The translations under genes were made by a program, and so were the position numbers. Shown here piece after piece: positions 13,940 through 26,581 of a DNA stretch of 64,000 nt. Every line of letters begins with the position of its first letter. Position 1 is the first letter of the stretch. Source of the stretch: Ascidiella aspersa (taxonomy: Eukaryota). The notes under the pieces are model-generated. The model ran no database searches. It saw only the letters and a list, made by a program, of their open reading frames with translations, and was not told the origin of the DNA. The stretch lies in assembly GCA_963924565.1 (NCBI GenBank), contig OZ004610.1:12028001-12092000 (forward strand). Direction: 5' to 3'.

Positions 13940-14215
13940 ACAGAAACCACATTATAGTATAAGGAAACTGCTTTTCGCATGAGTTTAACAATTGTTTTTG
14001 TTTTACCTTCACTTATTTTACAAATTCGTTGACTGGGTCTTAAGTCATTAGCTTTTCCAGCAGTGCCACGCAATCTTTAAATTTTAAATTACACACACAC
14101 AGATTTTCAAAATAGTTGTTGTGTTAAAATAAGTAAAAAGATTGAGTAAATTTTAATTCACTTAAATGCTTTTGCAGGTCATTTTAAAGCCGATATCACA
14201 TTGTTAAACGATAAC

Positions 14216-17200
14216 ATGAAAGATTCACATGTCATTGGGTTCATCCTCATTTGCTCTTTACCGTTATCAGTTCTTTCACAATTACAGTGCACCATGGTTG
14301 ATTCCTGCAGGTAACTCGAAGATTACGGTGGTCGTGCTGCACAATAAATTGATCTGTTAACCGTTATTTTTTTCTGACAGCTGTCAGCCTAACAATGCCG
14401 TTGCTGGAAACCTCATAAACTTGCACAGCATAGCTTCGGTGGATGGAGAAGCAAAATTTATCGTTGAAGAAGGTGGAAATACTTACTTTTTTAATCCTTG
14501 CATTGGCTTTTCTCTTGGAACCTTTACCGATCTAGCGGTGAGTTTATATGGAGTGCCCTTTTAAATCCGGATCAATCGCGGATCATATTCGTTTTTTTTT
14601 CGTTATGTGCCTCATTTTGGCCCAAATAACGCTTACGAAATCTAGGACTAGGTAATTTAAACAGAAAATTGTAGAGCTTAACAAATTTGGAACAATAGAC
14701 GGGTAAACAATGTTTAGGGATACTTGCAATGGATTTGAATTTGGTGTGTGATGTTTAATGAATCTTTAATCGTTTTAGACACTATTTGTGTTTCAAATAG
14801 GTAGGGTTAATTTTTAATGTAATAGTTTGTTTGTTATTCAGGTAGCCAAACGTACGGCCGCTTTAATGGTGGTAGATATGGGCATACAGAGCAATGTGTC
14901 GTTTGACTACAGCACGAATTATCTCAGATTGCTGTATACATCGGCGGATAACGGGCAGTAAGTCAACTTGCAGATTTTTTCTCTTATTTTTTGTTTGGTT
15001 TTAATTTTTTAATTATCGATTGCTTTCTAAATGCGCTTTATTGCCCACAAAGCGTTCGTAACAACTTTTTTGTTATTATTTTTAGCCAATCCGTCGTTGT
15101 ACTTAAATGCAACGAAACGATTGGAGCAGAGGTTAGCCTTACATCAAGTTGGCCAACAGTAAGCTAGTTTTGCACCAATTTTTTTTTATTTGTGAAAATT
15201 TAACCTACTGTTATTAAAATGTTTTTTCTCATTACAAAAGACATTTTATTTTTTAATTTTCATACGACAAAAGTAACAAAGCTAAACATTATTTTATGTC
15301 CGTTTACAGAAACTATTTGGTTTACCTAAAGATATTATAAAATTAGATTATTATAATCTCTTTGGGTGTACCTTAATTTGTGTTAATTAGGAACCTCTTA
15401 CGGCCATTCATTAATCCGATCAACTATGTTCAATTTCATATTTTATTACAGACATTCGACCTTGTTTCGGCTTGCGCTTGTCCAGGCTTTTGCGACGACA
15501 ACGGATTAAAATGTAAAGATTTGAAATGTTTGTTAGAGATTACGTTTGTACAGTGTATAAATGACGGTTTCATGTATAACGGTGGTTCCCAACCTTTTTG
15601 TTGTCGTTTTTGAAAAACGTGCCCGAGTTTTCGGTGTATTACACTTTGTCTTATACGGTATAAGCCATAAGGGTTGCCATACTGTCCTTATTTCTAAGAT
15701 TTGTCCTTTCTTTAAAAGAAAATGTCTTCGAAATAAATATTGTCCTTATTTCTAAGAAATGCCCTTCTTTTTGACTTGAGTCCTTATTTTGTATTTTTTT
15801 CAACAATTACAAACATTTCTTTCAAGAATTTATGAGATCTTAAAGCGCAAGAAGACTTGTTATATAATAATATCTTGTTCATGCAAAACACCAAAGCAAA
15901 CAGAGAGATCTGTTTAATGGTGAAAATAACGGCCCAAATAGACGTAAAAAACGACATGCTTTATTGTTCAAACGTTTCGGCAAATGCTCATGCCATCATC
16001 AGTGATATGACCCCAAACAGAACCAAAATCCGGTTCCAAAGCAGCAGCACCCTGACGGCGCCGGTCAGACTAGGCCTAGGACGTCCAAACATAGTCGCCG
16101 AAACGACCGATGCCAGACCGATGGCCCCCGACCGTCCCATACCCTCTACCGACAGGTTCGGGCGTTATTTTGGCCATTTAAGCCTTCTTCCGGTGATTTT
16201 AGGCCTTATTCCGACAGATTTAGGTCTTATTTAGACGATTTTGATCTTATGCTGTACTGGATAATACTGCGTATTTGGCTGTATTATGTCGTTGGTCTTA
16301 ATACTATGGTTTTATAGATTTTTCTGCTTTAGATATTGTTACTTTTTAGGTCTTATTGTGTTTTCCCTGTCATTTGTACACCGTTCCTATTAATATTAAA
16401 CAAGGCTATATTATTCTGGAGCGTCGGTATTAATGGAAAACAAGAGTAATATAGTGATGTCATAAACAAGGCTGGTTCACCAAAGCAAAAGTCATTGTTA
16501 CAGTGAATGTTATTCTTTGCTACTTCAATGTAAAATTTTACTTTTCGGACAACCTTTTCCATGCACAATGGACATTAATCTTACAGATTGCAAGTCATTT
16601 ACCTAAATACTAACTTCACACGATCAAAAGTCTATTTTATAAACAGAACAATATATAAGTACTTAAGTAACCTAACAAAAAGGAACTCAAAAAGGCACGA
16701 GTTATCGTTATTGTAGGAGTACAGCCTTGCTAAACCATGGCTTGTCGGATTATTTGCAGTGTTTTGCGGAGCTGGTCGAGACTTGTTCGACCACGGCGTA
16801 ATTGAGGTTTGGGAAGATTGTGATGCGGTGAGTGGAATATTGACCTCAAATGATCCGAACAAAGTACCTTCGATTACAATTAGCGCTGGACAAGTTTCGA
16901 GATTTGATGATAATTGTGCAGTAAGTAAAATAATTATTGTTTTTTTAAATAATTTATTTGTAAAGATATAATAATCATAATTGACTTACACAATCGTGTC
17001 AAACCTTTCTGTTGTAAGTTTAAGGAAGACACTAAGACAGACCTGGGCAACATACGGCCCGCGGGCCAGCTCCGGCCCGCCAAGCAATTTAATCCGGCCC
17101 GCGGCTTATTTTCCTTACACTACATAGGATAAAACAAGGGCGAGTTTCTATATGTTTGGTTGAATCGTAAATACTCTTTCCAGGGTCGGATCTAGTCATG

Positions 17201-20200
17201 ACCCCGCCAAACTTTATATTGTTTTTTCGCGCTCCCCGCGCGAATCTCTGTATTTTCTCGTATGTTCTGTGTTTCTCGTATGTTACACGCGATTTTTGGG
17301 CATCTTTACATACAAATAGCGTCCTATGCACTGTGACAATCTCCCTAACGAAAGTTTAACAAACTTATTCTAAAAAAAAGTATTCCGTCTATAAAATAAG
17401 AACGAAATACCGACGGTTTTCTAAACTTTGATATATACCGATTCACATTTCGTCAACCTAACTGAGTTAATGCCATGTTGTGTGTTTCTCTCGATGTATA
17501 TCGTCTTTGCAATATGGCTATTGTAACGCAAGTAACACATCGGTAACTTAAAATCTTAAAAAGCCAAAAAAATTACATATTTTATTCCTAACCTTTGGGT
17601 CAACGCTCCCCACAACTTGCTAAACGCTAATTTATCAAGCAATGTATATTTTTTATTTGTGTTCAATGCGTCATGCCACCTCTAAATCTAAATTAAAGTT
17701 TACATTTTAAAACAAATATAGTGGCATTTTTTTCGTGCTTCGCGCGACGTCTTGTGGCCTTTTTCAAATTCGACTTAAATTGCATATTTTCGCACAATTC
17801 CAAACGTAATACCAAATTTGCTAACCTATTTGTTTTATGACGTCATATTGCGTGAATTTGAGATCCTAGGTTTCTCATGCGGAAATAATTGCCCACCCCT
17901 GATCTAAAAGGTTAACCGTTCGAAACGGAAAGATTTTTTAGATTGCGTGATCTGTAAACAACATATGTGTGTTAAAATGATATATAAATATTAATAAATA
18001 ATACGTTTTCGTAGCATTCATGTGGACTACCGTGTGCAGATGGCCACTAATAACTACAAACAATATTGTGGGATCAATTACTGAAAACCATCATAGTTTA
18101 GGTTTTCAATATTAACGTTACGTTTTTTAATATTTACTTTATTAAAAGATCCACTTGAAAAAAAGAATTCGCATCGATCTATAGTTTACTCTATAGCCTA
18201 TTAGCATTTCGCATCGCCTTTGTATAAGGTTTCAAAAAAAAGTTTGTTAAATCATTTAACGCAATTTTAAAAGCAAAATAAAAAATACTTTTTCGAAAGG
18301 CCGCTGCGGACTGTTCCAGGTTACATTTAACACTGAATCGAAGTATATGCGAAAAAGTTTTACAGGTTTTAATTGAAAACATAAGCAAAAAAAAACATTG
18401 TCGAAACATAATTTTTCGGAAATAAATGATTTAACTCATTTAATACCCAACTAACCTACTAACTTTAATGACGCGCAATTCGATACAAAATCTTGTCTAC
18501 ATTTCTGTAATGTTTAAATGTTATGACAATCTAAATTCAAAAGCCCTTAGTTTAGCTGCCGCTATATGAACTGAAGTGAAATTGACAAACAGAACTGTCT
18601 TTTGTTTTACCGTGCTTAACTAAATAGCGGCCAGCGCTACTTTGAAGGCCAAAAATCGAGCTAGCAAAACTATATTTTTTGCAAACTTTAACAATGGTAT
18701 GGTATAAGAAGCAACTGGCCGTTTAAAGGTGAAAATCGCTATGGCTATTATTAAACGTTTTGCAACGACGCCCGCTTGAAGCCTAAGAAGGGAGTTATTA
18801 TTTCGTCTTACAACGAACACCCGCCGTCCTGAGTCCTTCGAACAGTCCTAGCCAGATTTAAATAATTTATTAGTTTTTTAACTCGTATTAGCTTATTTTC
18901 ATAGACAAACATCTTTCCGTTTTCTCAATAAAGCTTTATTGGCAAAATAAAAACTTTACAATTACAGCATATTTCAAACGTAATCAAACTGATGTTTTCT
19001 TTTAGATCCATGAGGGAAATGACTCTTCTGGAGCAGTTCTAGCTGGAGTCTCTGAGGGTGGTATGTTTAACATTCGAGCTTCCGGTCAATCCATGTTTTA
19101 CGAATGTACGTTTTCCAACAACGCTTCTTTAACACTGTTGTTTCAGTCAGGTAAAAAACGCAATACATTATAATTTAGACAAGATTATTGGGCCAATATT
19201 ATTTTTTTATCTTAGGTTTATGCTATGTTACGTTCAAAGGCAATTTTGTTAAACACTTAAAAATGAAAAGCCCTATTTTCAAGTGGCTTGCCTTTCATTT
19301 TTGTTTTACACAAAGTGTAGGGTGGCTGTAAACTCCCTGCCATAGGGACAACGGATCGCAAGATTTTAAGAAGTGTATAAAAGCATTTAAACAGTAAATT
19401 ATGAGGAAGTACCATTAAGGGTACACCGAAAAGCCATCGCAGACTTACCGAATCTGTCGATCAATGATGCAAGCGGGGCAGCCTATAGAAAAACAAATAT
19501 CCTGTGGAGTGGTTCAAACTCACGACCTCCGGTCATACCGGGACCTGCGCTTTATCAACGTCAGTAGCGAAATAAATACAAAGTATTGTACATCCTAAAT
19601 GTTAATATTAATGTTGTTATTTTTCAATATGTTTTATAAGCAGAGTTACCATTTGCTAAGACGAAAACTAAGCAAGACTGCACTGTTATGACGCCAGATT
19701 GAAAACTTTGAATATTGCGCGATTGATATGTCTATAAGCAGCTAAAATTGCGAAACCGTTAAAATTTGTGCGGCTGCAATAAAATTACTTAAATAAAACT
19801 TGCGCGACAGCCGGCAGCAAATGCATTATTACAGAAAACCGTAAGCGCGACTGAAGTTTTGCACGTATGCTTGACGTTACGCAGCAGTTGAATGCATTTT
19901 ACAGCGATTTTTGCACGAATTGTGCGGATGCTGCAAAATAAGCACATTAATATTTTCTTAGACAACATACCTAAAATAATCACGAATCTTATATATATAT
20001 TCACGGAGAGGCAAACCTGTTTGTAGTTCATGTACTATTAAATAATAGGCCTCCTTAATAGATTTATTTTTTGACCCAATTATCAAAGTATAATTACTGT
20101 TGGGATATTCTAGCCGTAAGTTTGTATTACCTGGTTAAATGTTATACAATGCTACATTATTGTCATGTGAAAAACCGCTATGTAAGTTCGCTAAACAGAT

Positions 20201-23200
20201 ATGCGATTGCAAGCATTGATCAACGAAATTTCTGCAGACTAATACTACCGAAAGCAGTGTTTCTTGATTTTCTTCAGTTTATTTGACCACCATTGTGGTG
20301 GAACGCTACGTGTTATTCAGTCAAATACAAACAATACGACAGTAACAACTATACATGTGCATTGTGCATAATGGGCTTAAGTACCAGGTTGTTGTAAGGT
20401 TTTTGTGGGGTTAGAATTTTTGTTGCACTGCAATTGGCAAGTATTCATAAAAAAATGATGTTTGCTGGATCTTTTTTAGATTAGGGCAAGTTTACAAATG
20501 GGCACAACCTGCAGTATAAAGTATAACATAATCACCTCTTATTCACCCCGTTTCACTTTTTTAAGAAACACTTTATTTTACATGAATTTTTTATATAATT
20601 TTAATGTGCTTTACAAAATCATAACTTTTATGATTGCAGAGAGCGAACATGCTTTGACTTGTGGGGAGCAAACATTACTTCGGTTAGTTCTAGTTTAAGA
20701 TGTTATAGCCTGCTCGTTTATCGCAAGAACATGCTTAATATAAGTCCTTAATTTTGTAATTCTTTTATTTAATGTAACATTTCGGCCAAAAAATCAATTT
20801 AGTTACTCAATCGTTGATTTTTCATTGTGCATTTGAACACGGTAAATTAACTTTAAATTTACTCCCCTTTTTGTGGCTAAAATATTACAATACATATTTA
20901 AATTGATCTTTTTTCTATTTGTCTTAGCCTTGAAACGGCTGATTTGACAGAACTTAACGCGCAAATGGGCGATACGCTTTACATTGCGACAACACGCGAC
21001 ACAAATGCAACAAGTGTAAACCCCGCTTGCAGAAAGGTAGTGGGAACCGATGATCTCGAGTTTTCATTTGCAATTAACGAATGTGAAGGAATAAAGATGG
21101 TAAGTAAAATTTGCGAAAGAGTTCAAATGGTAGTCGAATTAAAAAACTTGCTTTTTACTAAAATGGCCTTCTTTTCTATTGCGTCTTCAAATTGTGTTTC
21201 AAACGTTTCAATTTTAGAACTGTTAAAATTTTAAAACACTGCAGATAACTAAACAAGGGAATACATCCAGAGGGATACGAGGTGATAAACCCCTCTTCAC
21301 AATATTTTTTCATTTTCATTATTCTTAAGCAAGTTTTGAGGGAATCTTTTGAGCCCATGGCACTCTCTTACTAAACGTTTTTTGCCTGGAGCGAATGTTT
21401 TGGTCTGTTTAGGCAAAAAATTATCTCTATAACATAACGAGTCTAATCAACTTACAATATTTTACCTTAACCAGGAAAATATTTTCAATACCCCCTTTTC
21501 TATGCGACTATAAGATATCAAATAGAATATCTAAAATTAGGTGTTCTATACGCCGCACTTTAACAGGGACAGTCCCATTTTTATGCCATGTCCCAGAGCC
21601 CCGATTTAGTCAACCAACATATTCTATTTACGTTACATATCAGCTTGTGGTAGTGGGGTCTTTACCGAGTTTGATGAGAAATGATGTCCCTGATGTGCGT
21701 TTTATTTCCTTGTGTTAAAGATGAATGTAACTGCAACGTCACTATAGCATACAATTTGTCAATTGTTGATTGTGAGCGCTTACTTCTAGCGTAACAGCAT
21801 GCTAGTAGTATTTTCTGCTGCGATTTTTTAAGAAAAAAATATGATATAGACCTCCTAAATAAAGTATAGCTTATATTAAAATAGTTTACCGAAAAGTACA
21901 ATGGGTCGATTATGTAAATGTACAAATATTTAAGTTTCTTGTGGTTTCTATAAAATCCATCGGTTTTTCTTGGTGTCCAACTTATTAGGTTGACCCGGCA
22001 ATTGGAATATTTTACAAGCGAACTACAATTCCTTTGGTCGGAGAAGACTCTCTCAAAATGCAAATATACTTTAAAATCTTTTGCATTTTTGTATAGATAA
22101 AATAGTTAAAATATGGGACATATAGCCTTGTGTCAACTATTTGAGAAAGGGTCGCGGACTGGATGAGTTAAACTGGCGGGCCTGCGGGCCGTATGGTTGC
22201 CGACCCCTGGTCTTCATAACCGAGATAAAAGCTATTTTAACTGATTGCAAACTGTTTTGGTATAAACAGTGTTTTCAAAAAAATAATGCAAGTGTGGCCT
22301 AATGAACCTAGTTAAAGCAATTCTTTACGAACACCTCTCACAACAAGGTTCTGCGTGGTTTCACGATATACAGCTGTAAGAGCAAATATCTCCACAGCTT
22401 GTTGCCAAAAGTCATCTTGGTAAATGCAATTATGCCACATGCAACAATGTGCCAAACTTTTTTTAGCTTTTTGTAGGTCCAGTCTCTTTTTGTTTAAAAG
22501 TTGCCTCAGTCATACCCAAATATTTGATTTTCGTAAAATAGGAAATGCCTAAACTTTCGATGGTTAGAATATATGCTAAATTTTTTGGACAGAAAACAAG
22601 GTTAGAAACATATAAGATTTAGAAACATATAAAAAATAAATAACATTTAATCTGGAAAAAATATCTTTTAAGGACTTAAAAGTGCTGAAAAGATTTAGTT
22701 CTGGTCCATGTCCTTCCCATCCAGTATATATATATGGGCAATATGTACGTTACAACTTTTATGCTTTATACCGGTACTAAAATAAGCTCATTTCATTTTC
22801 CTTATAGGAGAGCGGCGATACTTTAGAAATCACTTATATTGTTTGGAACGACAAGTTCCTTGTTGTTTCTCAAGCGATTCAACGTTACTTCATCCACTGT
22901 AAAAATTACACATGCGTTTACAACACCACGGAAATGGTCGACTCACTTGCCGTCGCACCAAAACTAAGGTAAGGTAATACTTTTCCACTATTTATATTGT
23001 TTTACCATAACACAATAACTTTCAAAAAGAGCAAAATCATCACTAAACGTCTAAAAAACTCTCTTGTTAGGACAGTAAATGTGTAAATGCAATCATTATT
23101 ATTTAAGGTATTGGTTAACTCACGAATTGTTTACAATGCATAATGAATATATAACCCAAAATACAATCTTGTGTGTTGTCCATGAAATGGATCGACTAAA

Positions 23201-26200
23201 TGACTAGTCTGAATTTATATCATTATTAAGTAGGAAGACGCGAGCATGCACCGTGTAATTTTAATCAAAGCTATCAAGCTGACTGTATAATCTTAATCAC
23301 TTATCCGTGTTGTACCACCATTGTGTAAAACACTGTAAGTTTGCTAAAGCCGCATGTTGTGGCTAGCGATTCAAGAAAGACAGTAGCAACTTAACATACA
23401 ACTAAATTACAATGTTTCTGAAATGGAACAACAAATTACAAACACTGTACTCACCAAAAGCACACAACACTTGGCTATGCATGTGACACACATTTTACGT
23501 AATGAAAACGCGTGACATATATCGATCGGAAATTACTTACAAATGTTAAACATTAATTTGTAGCAACAATCGTTCTACCGTTATTCAAGTAATATACTTA
23601 ATTCAGGTACCAAACGTCAAACGTAAGGACCATCCCGTTTGAAAATAAAAATTGCTTACTGTGTAGGCCTGTACCATATGTCCTCTTTTAGGAGGATTTG
23701 TCCTCTTTTCTCGAGAAAAGCGAATGGTCCTCCGAGGACGCTCAAAAATGCCCAAATGTCCTCTTTTTTCGCATTTTGAGTTAGTTGCTTATACTTTCAA
23801 CAAGACTTTAAGGAGAGACAGTGTATTTATTTCCAAAAATTACTGTAGCCATGAAACATGCTGAATTGCTGGTTTAAAAAATGTTTTCCAACAAATTGTC
23901 CTACCAGCTCTAACTTCTTAATTGTTATTGCAAACGTTGCTCCCGAAAAAACTGTTAAGGGAACCGCAAAGTATTCATGGGCTGAATCTGAAAAATAAAT
24001 TTTATTTGTTGTTATTGTGTCGGTTTTTGTAACTTTTGCTTCGCTTTTTTTTTAAATGTCCTCTTTTTGGTTGCTGAAAATATGGTAGCCCTATTACTGT
24101 GTAAACTGCTGCAATAAACGTGAACTCTCAAATCATCATCAAATTATTCTCGGGTAGGTTTGTCGTAAGATGTCCGTATAATTTTCTTGGTGCCTAACAA
24201 AATGATATTAAAGATACGGCCCGGGTTGTATAATTGTTGTCTCATATCGTTAGGAAAATTGGCTTTACTGCCGACCCGGTTATTGGAGAGTTAACAGTCA
24301 ACTTCGATTTGTCACTGACTGACAACTTCACTGATCCCTTGACCAGCGGTTCAACTGTCTTTGTTCCAGATTTTGTTTACGGACAGATCAGTTTACCAGA
24401 CATGCCAACTGATGCCACTAATTTCGTAATACAGGTTTGTTTGAATGTATTGCAATGTTATGAAAGCTTTCATGAAAGACGGTAAGCTAAGCCTAACGAT
24501 ATTTTGAAGTTGGCCTACTATCGACCTTTAACACGATTGAGTTGTCATGACGTGTACTAATTAACTTTTGTTTAATCCATTTTATCGGATCTATGTATTT
24601 CTGTTAAAATATAGATGACAAGTTGTTGGGCAACTCAATCTTCCGATCCCGCAAGTGGGCCAATATATCCCATCATTGAATCAAGGTGCCTGTTTACAAA
24701 CATAAAAACTTGAACGTTAAACTATGGTTGCAAGCCGGTTTTAATTTCAATATAAAACGCTTTGCATTCCGTGTGTGCAGTTGTGAAGCCACAAGTCTAT
24801 CGGAGCCTAATGGGACGGTGAACGTCATTCGAAACTACCTTCCACTGTATGGAGTTTTTAACTTTAAATCCTTCGAGTGGACGAACGTGACTTCTGATGA
24901 ACAAGCCATCTATGTTCACTGTATGGTGACTATTTGCGACTCTAGCTTGCAAGGAGCGGATTGTTCATCACCGGTAAATAAACTGTTCTATTATTATTCA
25001 ATGTCTTCCAGATGACGAATAGCGTGACGTTAACCATACCAGCAGTGCTCCGCAACCTTTTTATTTGCGACATATTAACATGGATTTAAAATTCTCAAAC
25101 ATACACATATAATGAAAATGACAATAACGTACCGGTAACGAATACAGTTAAAAGCATAGAAACATTTCAATGCTGACGGCAAGGAAGAAGAAAGGCGCAA
25201 ATAAATTTAGCATCATCTTAGTGCGAAACTGGTGTATAATTAGGATGCAGTAACTATACTTACGGTTAAAGTAAGGATGAATTATTTTCGGTTAACTGCT
25301 CTTACACGGCACACCAGTTGCGGAGAGCTGCTCTTTACTAGTACTCTGCTGCTGGCGAGGCCTTCCTATAGGAGTGTCGCTGTATGGAAAGTTTTTTTTA
25401 GCTTGTGCTTCCAAAGAACTTTAACGGTTTATATCACAGAACAGCCATGTTTGCCGTATAAAATAATCTAGGTGAAACCATAAAATATAGAAACAACTAT
25501 AACTTTTAAAGATAGTTTTACATTTCAAAGGTCAACTGCATGTTCCGAGGAATTGCCCAAAGTTGTCATTTTGAAATAATTTTACAAAAAAAAAAATTTT
25601 AAGGATAACGTGCCTAAACTATACATAGTTCTTTTCAGCCTTTCTACAAAAGAATCCTAAAGAAACAATCAATAGATATGCAATAAATTTGTAAAAATTG
25701 TCCTTCATCGCCTCGCATTTAACAAATTTAACTTGGTTCAAATTCTAAAATGGAATTTAAGCACACAAAAACATATTCAAGAACAATGACATGTGGGAGG
25801 ATACTGAAGATCTTGGGGCTTTTAAGCAGTACGATAATCCTGAAAATTAGAAAAATTTAAATCGATTTACGACTGCACAAAAGTCTGTTTAGAACTTGTT
25901 TTGTTTCATTAAATGCGCTTTTTCGCTTCGAATGATTGCTTGCCTTTGTAGTCTGGAATATAATTAGTCCTTTTTCAATTGCATAAAAATCCTGATTAGT
26001 TCCTGATTGATAGGTATTATCTCATATACTGCTTAAAAACCATACATTTTAACAACAAAATTGTTAGTGGTGTAATTAGTAAGGCCTTCCGTAACCGCTA
26101 AGTTTGGTGTTGGCCCGTACTTGGAAACTACGGTTGCCCAGCCCTGCCACAGGAATCGAAAGTTTAAACCACCAGACTATTTTTGTTTACAAAAAGACTT

Positions 26201-26581
26201 TGGGAAACTGACTGATAGCATGCATTCTAGAAAAGTTTTGTGGATAATACTTATTCTGAGATTAATACTTAGCCCAACAAGAGCGGCAATAAAATAAAAA
26301 ATATTACTCTGCTCTGCTCAAAGAATTTGGAACACATTTTAATTTGTTGTTTGCAGGCTTGCCGAAAACGTCGCTCTCTCGGTGATGCAGTGAATCATGG
26401 TGAAAGACACTCTTTTGGTCCAATCTATGTTTCCACGTTCCCAGAGGAAGAAACATTTACTGAGATACACGTGATGGAGATTACAAAGGAAAACGATGAA
26501 AAAATAAGTGTAGCGTCAATAGCTTGCATCGGGTTGTTTATGGTCGCGTTTGCTACCTTACTTCGTTTCATAGGAAAGTAA
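14216..26581 (+). CDS. Type I membrane ZP-domain protein with N-terminal MRH-like and CUB-like domains, about 617 aa, 14 exons
   Basis: Exons 14216-14310, 14381-14537, 14842-14957, 15086-15158, 15452-15512, 16760-16920, 19006-19150, 20640-20682, 20928-21099, 22808-22968, 24254-24434, 24615-24685, 24781-24973, 26357-26581 (1854 nt, phase-consistent). Signal peptide MKDSHVIGFILICSLPLSVLS. ZP-C motifs MTSCWATQS, IIESSC, FNFKSFEW, IYVHCMVTIC. Furin site RKRR, external hydrophobic patch SFGPIYV, C-terminal TM helix. Confidence 0.88.
17038..17901 (+). mobile_element. hAT-type non-autonomous element (intronic)
   Basis: Termini CAGACCTGGGCAA...TTGCCCACCCCTG with ggcccgcgggcc subterminal motifs. The TSD is degenerate (cactaaga/atctaaaa). 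Confidence 0.65.
19421..19560 (-). mobile_element. tRNA-derived SINE (intronic copy 2, more diverged)
   Basis: The reverse complement reads ...aaagcgcaggtcccggtatgaccggaggtcgtgagtttgaacc...gcatcattgatcgacagattcggtaagtctgcgatggcttttcggtgtac, collinear with 9335-9468. Confidence 0.78.
23664..24093. mobile_element. hAT-type MITE (TAGG-terminated) with 8-bp TSD
   Basis: TSD ttactgtg at 23656-23663 and 24094-24101. Ends are TAGGCCTGTACCATAT...ATATGGTAGCCCTA, with internal tgtcctc repeats. Confidence 0.8.

Noticed and set aside
15857-16234. 125-aa intronic ORF
   Set aside because: It lies within repeat-like intronic DNA following a TAGGGTTGCCA MITE-type end. No domain is recognisable, and the ZP model is complete without it.
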